Positions 27,051-40,529 of a DNA stretch of 64,000 nt are shown piece by piece. The notes beneath the pieces are model-generated. The model was not told the DNA's origin. It saw only the letters and a list, made by a program, of their open reading frames with translations, and made no database searches. Origin of the DNA: Candidatus Marinacidobacterales bacterium. GTDB taxonomy: Bacteria > Acidobacteriota > Vicinamibacteria > Marinacidobacterales > DATDRI01. The DNA lies in contig OZ245365.1 of the NCBI GenBank assembly GCA_965226495.1, positions 3,488,001-3,552,000 on the forward strand. The letters are read 5' to 3'. The number at the start of each line of letters is the position of its first letter. The first letter of the stretch is position 1. The translations under genes and the position numbers were made by a program.

Positions 27051-28766
27051 TTATTTTACGGTCTCGCGAACGACCTCATCGATGGTCGTTTGGCCGTCCG
27101 CAATCTTCTGGAGTCCGCTCCGCCTGAGCGTGAGCATGCCATCCTCGACCGCCTGCTTCTTGATTTCCATAGCCGAGGCACCCTCTAAGATCATCTGACG
27201 GATTTCGTCGGTACACTCCAGGACTTCGTAAAGACCTAGGCGCCCTTTGTATCCGGTATTGTTGCAGGTCGTGCAACCCTTGCCCTTGAAGATCGTAAGT
27301 TTCTTCGCCTGATCGGGCTCGAAGCCGACGTCGATAAGTGCCTGAGGAGGTACTTCCATAGGTCCCCGGCACTCCTTGCAGATCTTTCGCACCAACCGTT
27401 GAGCACAAATCAAGTGGACCGACGTCGCCACAAGAAACGGCTCGATACCCATGTTCATCAGTCGATTGATCGTTGAGGGAGCGTCGTTGGTGTGGAGGGT
27501 GGATAGTACCAAGTGGCCGGTCAACGCGGCTTTGACCGCAATTTCGGCCGTTTCGAAATCTCGAATCTCTCCGACTAAAACGATGTTGGGATCCTGACGG
27601 AGGAAGGACCGCAGGGCGGCCGCGAAGTTCAAGCCGATGGACTCCTTCATTTGCACCTGGTTGATGCCCACCAAGTTGAACTCCACCGGATCTTCGGCGG
27701 TCATAATGTTGGTTTCGGGCGTGTTCAGTCGGCTGATCGCGGAATAGAGTGTATTCGTCTTCCCGCTGCCGGTCGGTCCCGTCACCAGTACCATGCCCCA
27801 CGGCTTGAGGATGGCTTCTTCGAAATGCTTCAACGAGCCGACCTCGAACCCCAGCTTGGTCATGTCGAGCATCAAGTTCTCTTTGTCGAGCAATCGAAGC
27901 ACGACCTTCTCACCGAAGAGTGTGGGCAGGGTCGAGACGCGGTAATCGAGCTCTCGCATCTTGCCGTTGCTGTTCATTCGAATCTTGATTCGGCCATCTT
28001 GAGGGAGACGCTTCTCCGAGATATCGAGTTTGGCCATAATCTTGAGACGCGAAGTAATCGCGTCGCGAAGCTTCATCGGCGGGTTCATCACGACGTAGAG
28101 AACACCGTCGATGCGGAACCGCACGCGAAACTCCCGCTCGTACGGCTCGATGTGGATATCGCTCGCGCCCCGACGCAGCGCGTCGGTGAGGATCAAGTTG
28201 CAGAGTTTGACGACCGGAGCCTCTTCACTGGATCGTTCCAGCTCTTCGAGGTCGATGTCCGAAGATTCCTCAAGGACTTCGACGTCGCCGGCGTCGGTCT
28301 CGGCCAACTCGCTCATCACTTCCTTGAGCTGCAAGGAATGAGCGGAGCCGTAGTACCTGTCGATGGAATCCATGATGGCGGTTTCCGACGCGACGACCGG
28401 CTCGACGTTGTAGCCCGTCATGAACTTGATGTCATCCATCGCAAAAACATTCGTCGGATCGACCATCGCGATGGTCAAGTTGGCGCCTGCTCTGGAGAGC
28501 GGAATGATCTGATACTTCTGGGCAGTCTCGGCGGGCACGAGCTTGATGACGGTGGGATCGATCTCGAATCGCGCGAGATTGATGGCCGGAACGCCATACT
28601 GGCGAGACAGCAAGCCGGTGATCTCCTCATCCTTGACGAAGCCCAACTTGACGAGGTTGTACCCTAGCTTCCCACCGTGTTGTTTTTGATAAGTTAGGGC
28701 TTCTTGTAGCTGCTGGGGTGAAATCAGATTTTCCTTAACCAGCAGTTCGCCGAGCTTAATTGGCAT
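27051..28766 (-). CDS. pilB: Type IV pilus assembly ATPase
   Basis: N-terminal KLGELL/KLGYNL MshEN-like region, GPTGSGKT, RQDP, CKEC...CTTC zinc motif. Confidence 0.96.
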   Translation of the reverse strand: MPIKLGELLVKENLISPQQLQEALTYQKQHGGKLGYNLVKLGFVKDEEITGLLSRQYGVPAINLARFEIDPTVIKLVPAETAQKYQIIPLSRAGANLTIAMVDPTNVFAMDDIKFMTGYNVEPVVASETAIMDSIDRYYGSAHSLQLKEVMSELAETDAGDVEVLEESSDIDLEELERSSEEAPVVKLCNLILTDALRRGASDIHIEPYEREFRVRFRIDGVLYVVMNPPMKLRDAITSRLKIMAKLDISEKRLPQDGRIKIRMNSNGKMRELDYRVSTLPTLFGEKVVLRLLDKENLMLDMTKLGFEVGSLKHFEEAILKPWGMVLVTGPTGSGKTNTLYSAISRLNTPETNIMTAEDPVEFNLVGINQVQMKESIGLNFAAALRSFLRQDPNIVLVGEIRDFETAEIAVKAALTGHLVLSTLHTNDAPSTINRLMNMGIEPFLVATSVHLICAQRLVRKICKECRGPMEVPPQALIDVGFEPDQAKKLTIFKGKGCTTCNNTGYKGRLGLYEVLECTDEIRQMILEGASAMEIKKQAVEDGMLTLRRSGLQKIADGQTTIDEVVRETVK

Positions 28767-28841
28767 CCACTACTCCGCTCGAACTCGATCTGGCCGGAGG
28801 CCTTAAGTTTCTCTGTTCACTATGGATTACCGTGATAAAAC

Positions 28842-28870
28842 ACTTTAACCTCCGGGTCGAAAATTGTCAA
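28842..28870 (-). promoter_or_regulatory. Sigma-70 promoter upstream of pilB
   Basis: Minus strand TTGACA, 17 nt, TAAAGT. Confidence 0.6.
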
Positions 28871-28973
28871 GGGAGAACCCTTTGTCGGATGCCCGGGATG
28901 CCAGTTTTGGAGAGGCTTCCGGCTCGTCGGCAGGTCCAAACGTGCCCCAGGAAGGGTACGTTCCTGCCCCCGC

Positions 28974-30020
28974 TCAGCGGCTGAGACTGACCCCTAGCCA
29001 GAGGGCTCCTTGCCGCCTTTGTGTGCTCGTGATCACACCGAAATCGACGATCACCATGGCGATTCGAATGCCGCCCCCGAGAGAAACGCCCGGCCGTGCT
29101 AGAGAGCCGCCGGCGATCTCAGTCCTCAAGCCAGCGCGCACCGCCACACGCCGACTTCCCCATGCCTTTTCGACCCCGACCGAAAGCTCGCGCCAGTGCG
29201 CAATGCCGTCTAATCCCGAAAGAAAATTCCGAGACGTTAGATCGGCGTCCACCGCGACGAGAAAGTCAGACTCCATCATGAACGCCACGCCGGCGCGCGC
29301 ATGTCTGGGCAGAACAATCTCGTTGTCGCTTTCCGTGTGAAAGGTGGGCTCGGTGAGGTTACGAGCCATGAGACCGAGCCGGAGCCATTCGTTCGGTTGG
29401 TAGAGAAGACCGAGATCCAACCCAAACTCGTTCTCGGTCCGTCCCTCCCCCGCGGTAGCTCGATCCACGAGATCGCTCACGTTTCGGTTGGCGGGTGGCA
29501 CGAAGCTCGCCGGTTCACCCTGCTCGAAGGCTGTACCTCGGATGAATCTCGCGTTGACACCCACCGTCAACTCATCCAAAGGAAGCGATTGCACCAGCGT
29601 AACCGCAACATCCAGCGCCTCGAGTCCTCGAGAATGAAGTATGTCGTCCTCTAGAAAGGACGAGGTTTCCGTCAAACCAGTGACCGCAACACCCAGCATA
29701 GTGAAGCTAGCCGAAAACCCTATCCCATCGCCGCCATCGAGAACCGAGCGATCGCCGGGAAGCCCCTGACGCACGCCGTTCACCAGTTCGTTGCGGTCCT
29801 GAAAAGAAGTGCCGGCATAGAACCCGGCGCGAATGAGGTTTCCGTAGACGATTCCGGCCGGATTCCAATGAAAGGCCGTTGAATCGTCGGCGACCGCCGT
29901 AAAGGCACCCGCCAGGCCCGTTGCGCGGGCCCCCACCAACGGCGATGCCGTGTCGGCAGTGGCCGTGCGCGCCACGACAAAGAGACAAATCATTGAAATC
30001 ATTGCCGGGGCTCGCAACAT
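28974..30020 (-). CDS. Outer-membrane beta-barrel protein (FadL/PorV/TraF-like)
   Basis: Signal peptide, GARATGLAGAFTAVADDSTAFHWNPAG motif, amphipathic beta strands; start uncertain. Confidence 0.7.
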   Translation of the reverse strand: MLRAPAMISMICLFVVARTATADTASPLVGARATGLAGAFTAVADDSTAFHWNPAGIVYGNLIRAGFYAGTSFQDRNELVNGVRQGLPGDRSVLDGGDGIGFSASFTMLGVAVTGLTETSSFLEDDILHSRGLEALDVAVTLVQSLPLDELTVGVNARFIRGTAFEQGEPASFVPPANRNVSDLVDRATAGEGRTENEFGLDLGLLYQPNEWLRLGLMARNLTEPTFHTESDNEIVLPRHARAGVAFMMESDFLVAVDADLTSRNFLSGLDGIAHWRELSVGVEKAWGSRRVAVRAGLRTEIAGGSLARPGVSLGGGIRIAMVIVDFGVITSTQRRQGALWLGVSLSR

Positions 30021-30157
30021 CCGACCACTATAACTCTCGCTGGGAAACCGTTGCCAATGGGTGCGATGTTCAAGACGAAATCGTTGTTGACACCGAAGAT
30101 TCGACGAAGATATCATTGCGAGTGCGCTACAAAGTCACCGCAGTATTTTCTGGATGA

Positions 30158-32705
<2,548 letters not shown>

Positions 32706-32754
32706 GGCAAAGCTCGAATTCAGGCCAATTCAGGTAATATGGGGCCCGAGATCC

Positions 32755-33600
32755 ATGCCGACAAATGACCCCACCCGCGCGGTTCGTGTCGCGGGAACGA
32801 CCTTAGGGGCCGGCCATCCGTTCGTCCTGATCGCTGGCCCCTGTGTGATTGAAGACGACCGACATCCGTTCTTCATGGCCGAACAACTAAGATCTATCGC
32901 TCGCGAGGCAGAGGTCCCCTTCATCTTCAAGGCTTCGTTCGACAAGGCGAATCGGACCTCGGTGGATTCCTTTCGGGGGCCCGGCCTCGAGCACGGCCTC
33001 GCTCTGCTCGGCGAGATCCGGCGGAAGCTCGAGCTCCCCGTGACAACCGATGTTCACGAACCTCAGCAAGCGGAAGCCGTCGCAGAGGTCGTGGATCTCC
33101 TGCAGATCCCGGCATTTCTCTGCCGCCAGACCGACCTCATCATGGCCTCCGCCCGGACCGGAAAGCCGATCAACATCAAGAAGGGGCAATTCCTCGCGCC
33201 CTGGGATATGGCTCACACCGTCGACAAGGCTCGGGCAGCCGGGAACGAGAGCGTTCTGCTGACGGAGCGCGGAACTAGTTTTGGGTACAACAATCTGGTC
33301 GTCGATATGCGCGGATTCTCTGTCATGCGCGAGACCGGATGCCCGGTGGTCTTCGACGTGACACATAGCCTGCAGCTACCAGGGGGGGCAGGAAAATCGT
33401 CAGGAGGCGAAGCTCGCTTCATCGCCGAGCTCGCGTCTGCGGGAGTCGCCGCCGGAGTCGACGCCGTCTTCATGGAGGTCCACGATCGCCCGGATCAGGC
33501 TCGCTCGGATGGACCCAACAGTTGTCCACTCGATAGATTGCCGTCGGTCCTGAAACGCCTCAAAGCCATCGAGCGAGCGATCCGAGAGGAAGGGTCATGA
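32755..33600 (+). CDS. kdsA: KDO8P synthase
   Basis: IAGPCVIE, KASFDKANRTS, IPAFLCRQTD, KKGQF, SDGPN. Confidence 0.97.
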   Translation: MPTNDPTRAVRVAGTTLGAGHPFVLIAGPCVIEDDRHPFFMAEQLRSIAREAEVPFIFKASFDKANRTSVDSFRGPGLEHGLALLGEIRRKLELPVTTDVHEPQQAEAVAEVVDLLQIPAFLCRQTDLIMASARTGKPINIKKGQFLAPWDMAHTVDKARAAGNESVLLTERGTSFGYNNLVVDMRGFSVMRETGCPVVFDVTHSLQLPGGAGKSSGGEARFIAELASAGVAAGVDAVFMEVHDRPDQARSDGPNSCPLDRLPSVLKRLKAIERAIREEGS

Positions 33601-34556
33601 GCCTGGAACTCGCACGCAAAGTGCTCGCCATCGAGGCCCGGGCGATCGAGAAACTCAGCGAGCGACTGGACGAGAATTTCAGCCGTGCGGTGGAGCTCGT
33701 GTCCAACTGTCAGGGTCGCGTCGTGGTGACCGGCATGGGTAAGTCTGGAATCATCTGCCGCAAGATCGCCGCAACCCTGAACAGCACCGGGACGCCGTCG
33801 ATGTTCCTCCATCCCGCCGAAGCACTCCACGGTGACCTAGGAATGGTCGTCAAAGACGATGCTGTCATCGCAGTCTCCAACAGTGGCGAGACCGAAGAGC
33901 TAGTGCAGTTACTCGAGACTCTCAAGCGTCTCAGCGTGCCCCTGATTTCTCTGCTGGGTCGCACGCGCTCCACCTTGGGTAACGCCTCTGACGTCGTTCT
34001 AGATGTCTCGGTGGATGAGGAAGCCTGCCCGATGGGCCTGGCACCCACCGCTAGCACCACTGCCCTTCTCGCCTTGGGCGACGCCTTGGCGATGGCGGTG
34101 TTGGAAAAGAAGGGCTTCACCACGGAAGACTTCGCTGTCCTCCACCCGCGGGGTCATTTGGGATTCAAGCTCCGACGAGTCGAAAACCTGATGCACACCG
34201 GAGAGGAGCTCCCGTTGGTGAAGACAGATGCGCTGATGCGCGACGTAATCTACGAGATGTCTCGCAAGGGGCTCGGAGTCACCAGTGTCGTCGACGACCA
34301 AGAAAAGCTCGTCGGCGTCATATCCGACGGTGACTTGCGTCGCCAACTTGGCCAAGATACGGGACTCTTGGGTAGGAAGGCCGGTGAATGTATGACTCGC
34401 AATCCGGTAACGATCGGTGCTCAGGAGCTCGCAACCAGCGCCCTGGCCCTCATGGAGGAGCGCAAGATCACGTCTCTTCTCGTCCCCGATGATCGTGGCG
34501 GCATCGCGGGCATTATTCACCTCCACGATTTGTGGAGACTCGGCCAGTATTTTTGA
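33597..34556 (+). CDS. kdsD: Arabinose-5-phosphate isomerase (KpsF/GutQ)
   Basis: GMGKSG, HGDLG, APTASTT, two CBS domains. Confidence 0.93.
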   Translation: MSLELARKVLAIEARAIEKLSERLDENFSRAVELVSNCQGRVVVTGMGKSGIICRKIAATLNSTGTPSMFLHPAEALHGDLGMVVKDDAVIAVSNSGETEELVQLLETLKRLSVPLISLLGRTRSTLGNASDVVLDVSVDEEACPMGLAPTASTTALLALGDALAMAVLEKKGFTTEDFAVLHPRGHLGFKLRRVENLMHTGEELPLVKTDALMRDVIYEMSRKGLGVTSVVDDQEKLVGVISDGDLRRQLGQDTGLLGRKAGECMTRNPVTIGAQELATSALALMEERKITSLLVPDDRGGIAGIIHLHDLWRLGQYF

Positions 34557-34621
34557 GAGCAGCGAGCGACAGCCTTGAGGCCCACCCGCAGCGGCGAGCG
34601 GAGCGAGGCCGCGGAGGGTGC

Positions 34622-34651
34622 AGCGAGTGGGGGTGGGGCCCCACGAGCGCT
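34622..34651. repeat. GC-rich hairpin repeat, core GTGGGGGTGGGGCCCC (copy 1)
   Basis: Identical 16-mer at 34627-34642 and 62780-62795. Confidence 0.65.
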
Positions 34652-34662
34652 AATAAAAGACC

Positions 34663-35187
34663 GTGGATAATATCTTCAGAGAAAAAGCCAAAAAAATCCA
34701 AATGCTGCTCCTCGACGTGGACGGTGTTCTTACCGACGGAACGTTCGAGCGACACGGCAGCGAAGAGGTGAAGCGCTTCCACTCCCGGGACGGCATCGGA
34801 CTCGTGCTGGCGCGCAAGGCAGGCTTGAAGATCGGGCTCATCTCCGGACGTAAATCAAAGGCGGTAATCCAACGGGCCAAGGAGCTAAAGCTGGATTTCG
34901 TCTCCCTGGGCGCCGGTGATAAGCTAGCGGCTCTTCAGCAAGCACTCGGTCAGGAAGGGCTGACACAAGAACAGATCGCGTTCATGGGTGACGACCTTCC
35001 CGATCTGCCAGTCTTGAGCCGAGTGGGACTCTCCGCGGCGGTCGCGGACGCCCATCCCGAGGTCAGGGCGCGCGTCGATCTGGTAACCCGGACGCGAGGA
35101 GGTTTCGGTGCGGTGCGGGAGCTCGTCGATCAAATCTTGACCGCCAAGGGCCTGCTCGAAAACTTAGTCAAAGAATATTTGAGGTAG
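34663..35187 (+). CDS. kdsC: KDO8P phosphatase
   Basis: LDVDGVLTDG, GDDLPD, GGFGAVRE. Confidence 0.93.
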   Translation: MDNIFREKAKKIQMLLLDVDGVLTDGTFERHGSEEVKRFHSRDGIGLVLARKAGLKIGLISGRKSKAVIQRAKELKLDFVSLGAGDKLAALQQALGQEGLTQEQIAFMGDDLPDLPVLSRVGLSAAVADAHPEVRARVDLVTRTRGGFGAVRELVDQILTAKGLLENLVKEYLR

Positions 35188-35189
35188 CC

Positions 35190-35594
35190 GTGCGTACTCT
35201 TACTATGTTGTTCTATTTGTTGCTTGGTTCTTCCCTGACGATCTTCTTCATCACCAACTTCGATCAACGGGTCATTGTCTACTTCGGTTGGCCGCCGAGC
35301 CTGGGATTTCAGACGGTCGACATTCCCCTGGCCTTGGCGCTCATAGGCGCCATGCTCGCGGGCTTCGTGATCGCTGCGTTCCTCGCCATCACCGATCAGT
35401 TTCGACTTCGAACTCGCTTGAGACAGTTGCGTAGAACGAACGAGAGGCTCGAATCCGAGCTCGAGGCGCTCCGGAATCTTCCTTTGACGTCGTTGCCCAC
35501 GTCCGAAGGTCGGCGCGCAACCGCCGAAAACCCCGAAACTGAAGACACGAAGAATGACACGACCCGCGATCGGGAACACCGACTGCTCGATTGA
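35190..35594 (+). CDS. lapA: LapA family membrane protein
   Basis: Two TM helices and a coiled coil ending LRNLP; directly upstream of lapB. Confidence 0.7.
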   Translation: MRTLTMLFYLLLGSSLTIFFITNFDQRVIVYFGWPPSLGFQTVDIPLALALIGAMLAGFVIAAFLAITDQFRLRTRLRQLRRTNERLESELEALRNLPLTSLPTSEGRRATAENPETEDTKNDTTRDREHRLLD

Positions 35595-35625
35595 ACCCGT
35601 TTCCGGCGACCATGCCTAAGTACTG

Positions 35626-36843
35626 TTGATGAGCATCAATGAACTGATTCTTCTTGTAGCGCTCATCGCGTTCATCGCCGGGGTCGCGCTGGGCCAGCTT
35701 TGGGGAAAGTTGACCGGCCCGGGGCGCCCGTCAGCGCGTAGGGGAATCGGAGAGTCTTTCCACTACATCTTGGGACTCGAGCTACTCGCTTCCCGACACG
35801 TCGATCGCGCCATATCCGAGCTTTCTCGTGCCGCCCGCTCCGATACCGAAGCCATCGAGATCTATTTGATCCTCGGCAATCTCTTTAGGGAGAAGGGACA
35901 GGTCGAGCGCGCCATCCAAATACACCAAAGCATCTTGCACCGCCCCGGTCTGCTGCCTCTGGAGAAAGCTCATGCGCTTCTTTGCCTCGGTGTGGATTTC
36001 AAGAGAGCCGGATTCCGTGACCGAGCGGTCGACACGTTGGAAGAAGTACTGGCGATCGAACCGACGAACTCCTATGCACTCTTACACCTTCTCCGCATCC
36101 AAGAAGAAGAGCAGGATTGGGAAGAGGCTCTCTCCGTGCTTCAGAAGCTCGATGCGGCCAGCGAAGAACCCAATCCAACTTTGGCGGCTTTCTTACACGA
36201 CCAGGTCGGCCAGGCGGCTCTCGACACCGACGAGAAGCGAGCGGCGAGAAGCTTCGAAACGGCTATCGGCTACGACCGAACCCTGGCACCTCCTTACCTC
36301 CATCTCGGAGACTTGTTGGAACGACAGGGCTCCCTCTCAGCAGCGGTTGAGCAATGGGAGAAGCTGGCCCGCGAGAGCCCGGAGCACGCCTACTTGGCGT
36401 TCGAGCGATTGGAAAGGGTCTATCCTCAGATCGGCGAAGAAGTGAAACTGGATCGACTCTATCAGGACGCGATGGCGAGCGACGGCAGGGACTGGCGAGC
36501 GCATCTTGCCTCAGCGCGGAGAAAAGCCCGTAAGGGCAACACCGACGAGGCGCTCCAACTCTTGGCAACTGCCGCGGCGAACAATCCTCATGCCATCGAA
36601 GTACATCTTGATTACTGGAATCTCCTGCTCACCCACGGTGCGTCCAAGGAACGCATCCAAGGCTATCTCGAGAACGTTCGCGGGTCGATGTTTTTCCTGG
36701 ATCCCCACATCTGCGTGAAGTGCCACTACCGCGCCAACGGGATTCTTTGGCGATGTCCCCATTGCCAAGAATGGAATACCTTCGTGGAGGAAAGGCTCGC
36801 AGCGCGGCAGCATCCACCGGCAGTCCAGAGCGAACGAAATTGA
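35626..36843 (+). CDS. lapB: LPS assembly protein B (TPR plus rubredoxin-like domain)
   Basis: N-terminal TM, LGNLFREKGQVERAIQIHQ, C-terminal CVKC...WRCPHCQEW. Confidence 0.88.
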   Translation: MMSINELILLVALIAFIAGVALGQLWGKLTGPGRPSARRGIGESFHYILGLELLASRHVDRAISELSRAARSDTEAIEIYLILGNLFREKGQVERAIQIHQSILHRPGLLPLEKAHALLCLGVDFKRAGFRDRAVDTLEEVLAIEPTNSYALLHLLRIQEEEQDWEEALSVLQKLDAASEEPNPTLAAFLHDQVGQAALDTDEKRAARSFETAIGYDRTLAPPYLHLGDLLERQGSLSAAVEQWEKLARESPEHAYLAFERLERVYPQIGEEVKLDRLYQDAMASDGRDWRAHLASARRKARKGNTDEALQLLATAAANNPHAIEVHLDYWNLLLTHGASKERIQGYLENVRGSMFFLDPHICVKCHYRANGILWRCPHCQEWNTFVEERLAARQHPPAVQSERN

Positions 36844-36855
36844 AGCCCTTTCCTT

Positions 36856-36921
36856 TACTCCCTCTCCCTTCCGCCGAAGTCCTTTGAACCGAGGTGGACG
36901 GAGGCGGGCAGGGAGAGAGTA
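36856..36921. terminator. Long imperfect stem-loop between convergent lapB and coaE (REP-like or bidirectional terminator)
   Basis: ctctccct/agggagag, ccgcc/ggcgg and gtcc/ggac nested pairings. Confidence 0.5.
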
Positions 36922-36922
36922 G

Positions 36923-37528
36923 CTAAGCCCCAGCGTCGCGCAGCAAACACTCCCAGACCTCTCCGACCCGCCGCTCAGTGTCTTCTAGACTCCCTGAGCT
37001 ATCGACCACGTAGTCGGCATAAAGTTTCTTTTGCTCAACAGAAAGTTGGGAGTCTATTCGGAGTGCCGCGTCCTCTGGTGGGAGACCATCGCGCGCCACC
37101 AACCGTTCCAGCTGGACTTCGCGAGGACAATAAACGACCACCAGGCGATCATAATCGCGATAAGTTCCGGTCTCGATCATAAGCGCCGCGTCGATAACCC
37201 CGATTTGTATGTCCCCTCGCTCGGCCTCCGCCAGGAGCCTTTTCTCCTCCGCGATCACCTCCGGGTGAACGAGGCGGTTCAGCTGCCGTCGCGCATCGGG
37301 ATCCGAAAAAACAATGGCTCCCAACTTTTTTCGATCGACCGATCCATCGGGCGCCAGGACGTCGGGCCCGAACTTTTTACCAATCGCTGCGGTGAGCTCT
37401 GTTTGCTGGTCCATGAGCTGGTGCACGACGGTATCGGCGTCCAAGGTGAAGGCTCCTCGTTCGGCCAAGAGTCTTCGGACAAAAGTCTTGCCGCATGCAA
37501 TGCCGCCGGTGAGGCCGACCCTCAGCAT
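36923..37528 (-). CDS. coaE: Dephospho-CoA kinase
   Basis: MLRVGLTGGIACGKT, DRKKLG, HPEV; start reassigned to ATG 37528. Confidence 0.94.
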   Translation of the reverse strand: MLRVGLTGGIACGKTFVRRLLAERGAFTLDADTVVHQLMDQQTELTAAIGKKFGPDVLAPDGSVDRKKLGAIVFSDPDARRQLNRLVHPEVIAEEKRLLAEAERGDIQIGVIDAALMIETGTYRDYDRLVVVYCPREVQLERLVARDGLPPEDAALRIDSQLSVEQKKLYADYVVDSSGSLEDTERRVGEVWECLLRDAGA

Positions 37529-37538
37529 ACTGGACCAT

Positions 37539-38462
37539 TCAAGAGGAAAGGCGTCTCTGGCGCGCCAAACGCGTGGTGTTGACGAGCAGCATCGCGATCG
37601 TGAGTGGGCCGACACCTCCTGGGACTGGGGTGAGCGCGCCGGCCACTTCCTGTGCCTCGCGCGGATGCACGTCTCCCACCAAGGTGTAGCCTTTCTCCTC
37701 GAGTTGCGCGAGCCGTGGAGAGCCATCCCCGAAGTACTCCCGAACCGCTTGCGGATCGTCAACGCGGTTGATACCGACGTCCACGACCACCGCTCCCGGC
37801 TTGATGAAGTCGCGCCCGACCATCGCCGGCCTACCAAGTGCAGCGATCAGGATGTCTGCCTCGGAAGACACCTGGGCCAGATCACGGGTCCGGGAGTGAC
37901 ACACTGTGACCGTGGCGTGCTCATGGAGGAGAAGAAGCGCCATGGGCTTTCCAACGATGTTGCTCCTTCCAAGCACCACCGCGCGGGCCCCTTTGATCTC
38001 CACCTTCTCCCTTTGTAGGAGCTCGAGAATACCGGCGGGCGTGCATGGACGAGGCGCTGGCTCGTTTTGGACCAGCCGACCGACGTTTACCGGATGGAAA
38101 CCGTCCACGTCCTTGTCCGGCCGAATGAGAGGAATGAACTCGCTCGCATCGAGGTGCTCCGGAAGCGGAAGCTGCAACAGGATGGCGTCTACGTCTTCCT
38201 TTCGGTTCAGAACCTCGATCTGCTCGGCAAGCGCATCGCGGCTCGTGTCGGCGCCCAAGCGGATGGCCTCCGAATGAATGCCCGCTTTTTCCGAGGCCCG
38301 CGTCTTGTTCCGCACGTAAATCTCGGATGCCGGGTTGTCTCCAACCAGAATCGCAACCAATCCGGGAACCACTCCTTGAGAGGCTAGTTCGCTTACTTCC
38401 CCCCGGACGTCTTCGCGGATGTCCTGCCCCACTTGCTTGCCATCGAGTATTCGTGCGCTCAA
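37539..38462 (-). CDS. folD: Methylenetetrahydrofolate dehydrogenase/cyclohydrolase
   Basis: YVRNK, KDVDGFH, PCTP, GRSNIVGKP, TPVPGGVGP. Confidence 0.97.
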   Translation of the reverse strand: MSARILDGKQVGQDIREDVRGEVSELASQGVVPGLVAILVGDNPASEIYVRNKTRASEKAGIHSEAIRLGADTSRDALAEQIEVLNRKEDVDAILLQLPLPEHLDASEFIPLIRPDKDVDGFHPVNVGRLVQNEPAPRPCTPAGILELLQREKVEIKGARAVVLGRSNIVGKPMALLLLHEHATVTVCHSRTRDLAQVSSEADILIAALGRPAMVGRDFIKPGAVVVDVGINRVDDPQAVREYFGDGSPRLAQLEEKGYTLVGDVHPREAQEVAGALTPVPGGVGPLTIAMLLVNTTRLARQRRLSS

Positions 38463-38609
38463 CTACCCTCCTACTTGTACGCGTGAGCCCTCACCCAGGC
38501 CCTCTCCCAGAGGGATTAACGGAAGAAGAGACCGACGCCTGGCTAACTGTTTCGTGGCTACTCCCTGTTTTGGCGTCCCTCATGCGACGGAAGAGGAAGA
38601 ATAACCGAA

Positions 38610-39968
38610 CTAGATCACAGCGGTGGTGTCCTTCGCCGCAAAGCGCTCGAGGAATCGTGTGTTGTAACGCCCCTCTTGAAAATCTTGATCGGCAAGGATC
38701 TTCTGATGCAGCGGCACCGTGGTCTTTACGCCCTCGATGATCGTCAAGCCCAAGGCGCGCCTCATTCGCGCGATAGCCGCCTTGCGATCGCGGTCGTGGA
38801 CGACCAATTTGGCGATCATCGAATCGTAGTAGGGAAGCACTTTGCATTCGGAGTGTGCCGCGGTGTCGACGCGTACCCCTGGTCCTCCCGGAAGGTGAAA
38901 GGCGTGAATGGTCCCTGGCGATGGCGTGAAGGTATCGGGGTCCTCGGCGTTGATGCGACACTCGATACTCGCACCGTTGAAGGAGACTTCTTTCTGCGAA
39001 TAGCCGAGCGGCTCTCCGGCCGCGATCCGGATTTGCTCCTTGAGTAGATCGATGCCGGTGACCATTTCCGTCACTGGATGCTCCACTTGGATGCGTGTGT
39101 TCATCTCCATGAAGTAGAACTTCTCGTTTTCATCCAGCAGAAACTCGACGGTGCCGGCATTGACGTAGTCCACAGCGCGCGCGCCGTCCACTGCCATGCG
39201 TCCCATTTTCTTTCGCAGTCGATCCGAGACTACGGGCGAGGGTGACTCCTCGAGAAGTTTTTGGTGGCGCCTCTGGATGGAGCACTCGCGTTCTCCGAGA
39301 TGGACCACGTTGCCTTTCGAATCAGCCAGAACTTGGATCTCGATGTGCCGGGGGCTCTTCAAATATTTCTCCAAATAGACGTCGCTCACTCCGAAGGCAG
39401 ACTCCGCCTCGTGGCGAGCGGCTCGGAACGCCTTGGACAGCTCCGCCTCATTCTCGACGATTCGCATGCCGCGGCCCCCGCCGCCGGCGGAAGCCTTGAG
39501 AATGACCGGGTAGCCGATGCCTTTGGCCACGTGCACCGCTTGCTCCGCATCTTCCATCACCCCGTTCGAACCAGGTAGCACGGGAACACCCGCCTTCTTC
39601 ATCGTGCGCCGAGCAAGAGACTTGTCTCCCATCAGCCGGATGGCACGCGGGCTAGGACCGATGAACTTGATGTGGCAGGCTTCGCACACTTCGGCCAGGT
39701 ACGAACTCTCGGCGAGGAACCCGTAACCGGGGTGAATCGCATCGGCGCCGGTGATTTCGGCGGCGGAAATAATATTGGGAATATTCAGATAGCTGTCGAC
39801 GCTTCGCGCCGGACCGATACAAACCTCTTCGTCCGCAAAGCGGACGTGCAGCGAGTCCCGATCGACGTCCGAGTACACGGCCACGGTACGGATGCCCAGC
39901 TCCTTACAAGCGGAGAGGACCCTGAGCGCAATCTCACCTCGGTTAGCGATCAGGATCTTTTTGAACAT
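38610..39968 (-). CDS. accC: Acetyl-CoA carboxylase biotin carboxylase
   Basis: [32 protein letters not shown]. Confidence 0.96.
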   Translation of the reverse strand: MFKKILIANRGEIALRVLSACKELGIRTVAVYSDVDRDSLHVRFADEEVCIGPARSVDSYLNIPNIISAAEITGADAIHPGYGFLAESSYLAEVCEACHIKFIGPSPRAIRLMGDKSLARRTMKKAGVPVLPGSNGVMEDAEQAVHVAKGIGYPVILKASAGGGGRGMRIVENEAELSKAFRAARHEAESAFGVSDVYLEKYLKSPRHIEIQVLADSKGNVVHLGERECSIQRRHQKLLEESPSPVVSDRLRKKMGRMAVDGARAVDYVNAGTVEFLLDENEKFYFMEMNTRIQVEHPVTEMVTGIDLLKEQIRIAAGEPLGYSQKEVSFNGASIECRINAEDPDTFTPSPGTIHAFHLPGGPGVRVDTAAHSECKVLPYYDSMIAKLVVHDRDRKAAIARMRRALGLTIIEGVKTTVPLHQKILADQDFQEGRYNTRFLERFAAKDTTAVI

Positions 39969-40018
39969 AGGTACATCTCGCAGAGATGTTAAAGGTTGGG
40001 TGACCTAGAACAGTCGCT

Positions 40019-40486
40019 TTAATTGCCCACCCGGATGGTGAAGAGCTCGTCACCGAATTGAACGGGCTGCCCGTTCTCGACGAATACCTTGACGATCTCG
40101 CCCCCCTCCTCTGATTCGATCTCGTTCATGAGCTTCATCGCCTCGATGACGCAAAGCACTTGCCCTACTTCCACTCGGTCACCTTCGTTGACGAACGGAG
40201 GAGCATTGGGCTCGGGTGCTCGGTAGAATGTACCCACCATCGGTGAGCGCACCAACGACACACCATCCTCCTCCACCGTAGCTGCTTTTTCCCTAGTTGG
40301 CTGGGCGGTCTCCGTCGACGAGAGGTCTTTGCCCCGACTGCTCGCGACAGCGAGCGGGGTTGGCGGTGGTGGCGAGTCGTGGCCCTTCTTGATCTTGACC
40401 TTGACTCCCTTTTCTTCGAGCTCGAACTCGGTGATGCCTTTCTCCAAGACGAGATCGAGCAACTCTCTGAGCTCTTTCAGATTCAA
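40019..40486 (-). CDS. accB: Biotin carboxyl carrier protein
   Basis: SPMVGTFY, EAMKLMNEI. Confidence 0.96.
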   Translation of the reverse strand: MNLKELRELLDLVLEKGITEFELEEKGVKVKIKKGHDSPPPPTPLAVASSRGKDLSSTETAQPTREKAATVEEDGVSLVRSPMVGTFYRAPEPNAPPFVNEGDRVEVGQVLCVIEAMKLMNEIESEEGGEIVKVFVENGQPVQFGDELFTIRVGN

Positions 40487-40529
40487 AGACGTTGGTCTCC
40501 GTTACCGGTACCTACTACGTGAGAAGGCG

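Noticed and set aside
38463-38609. ZTP riboswitch upstream of folD
   Set aside because: A GCCTGGG string is present but the 5' GACUGGCG core is not. The segment 38488-38515 looks like a degenerate CCCTCACCC..CCCTCTCCC REP-like sequence.
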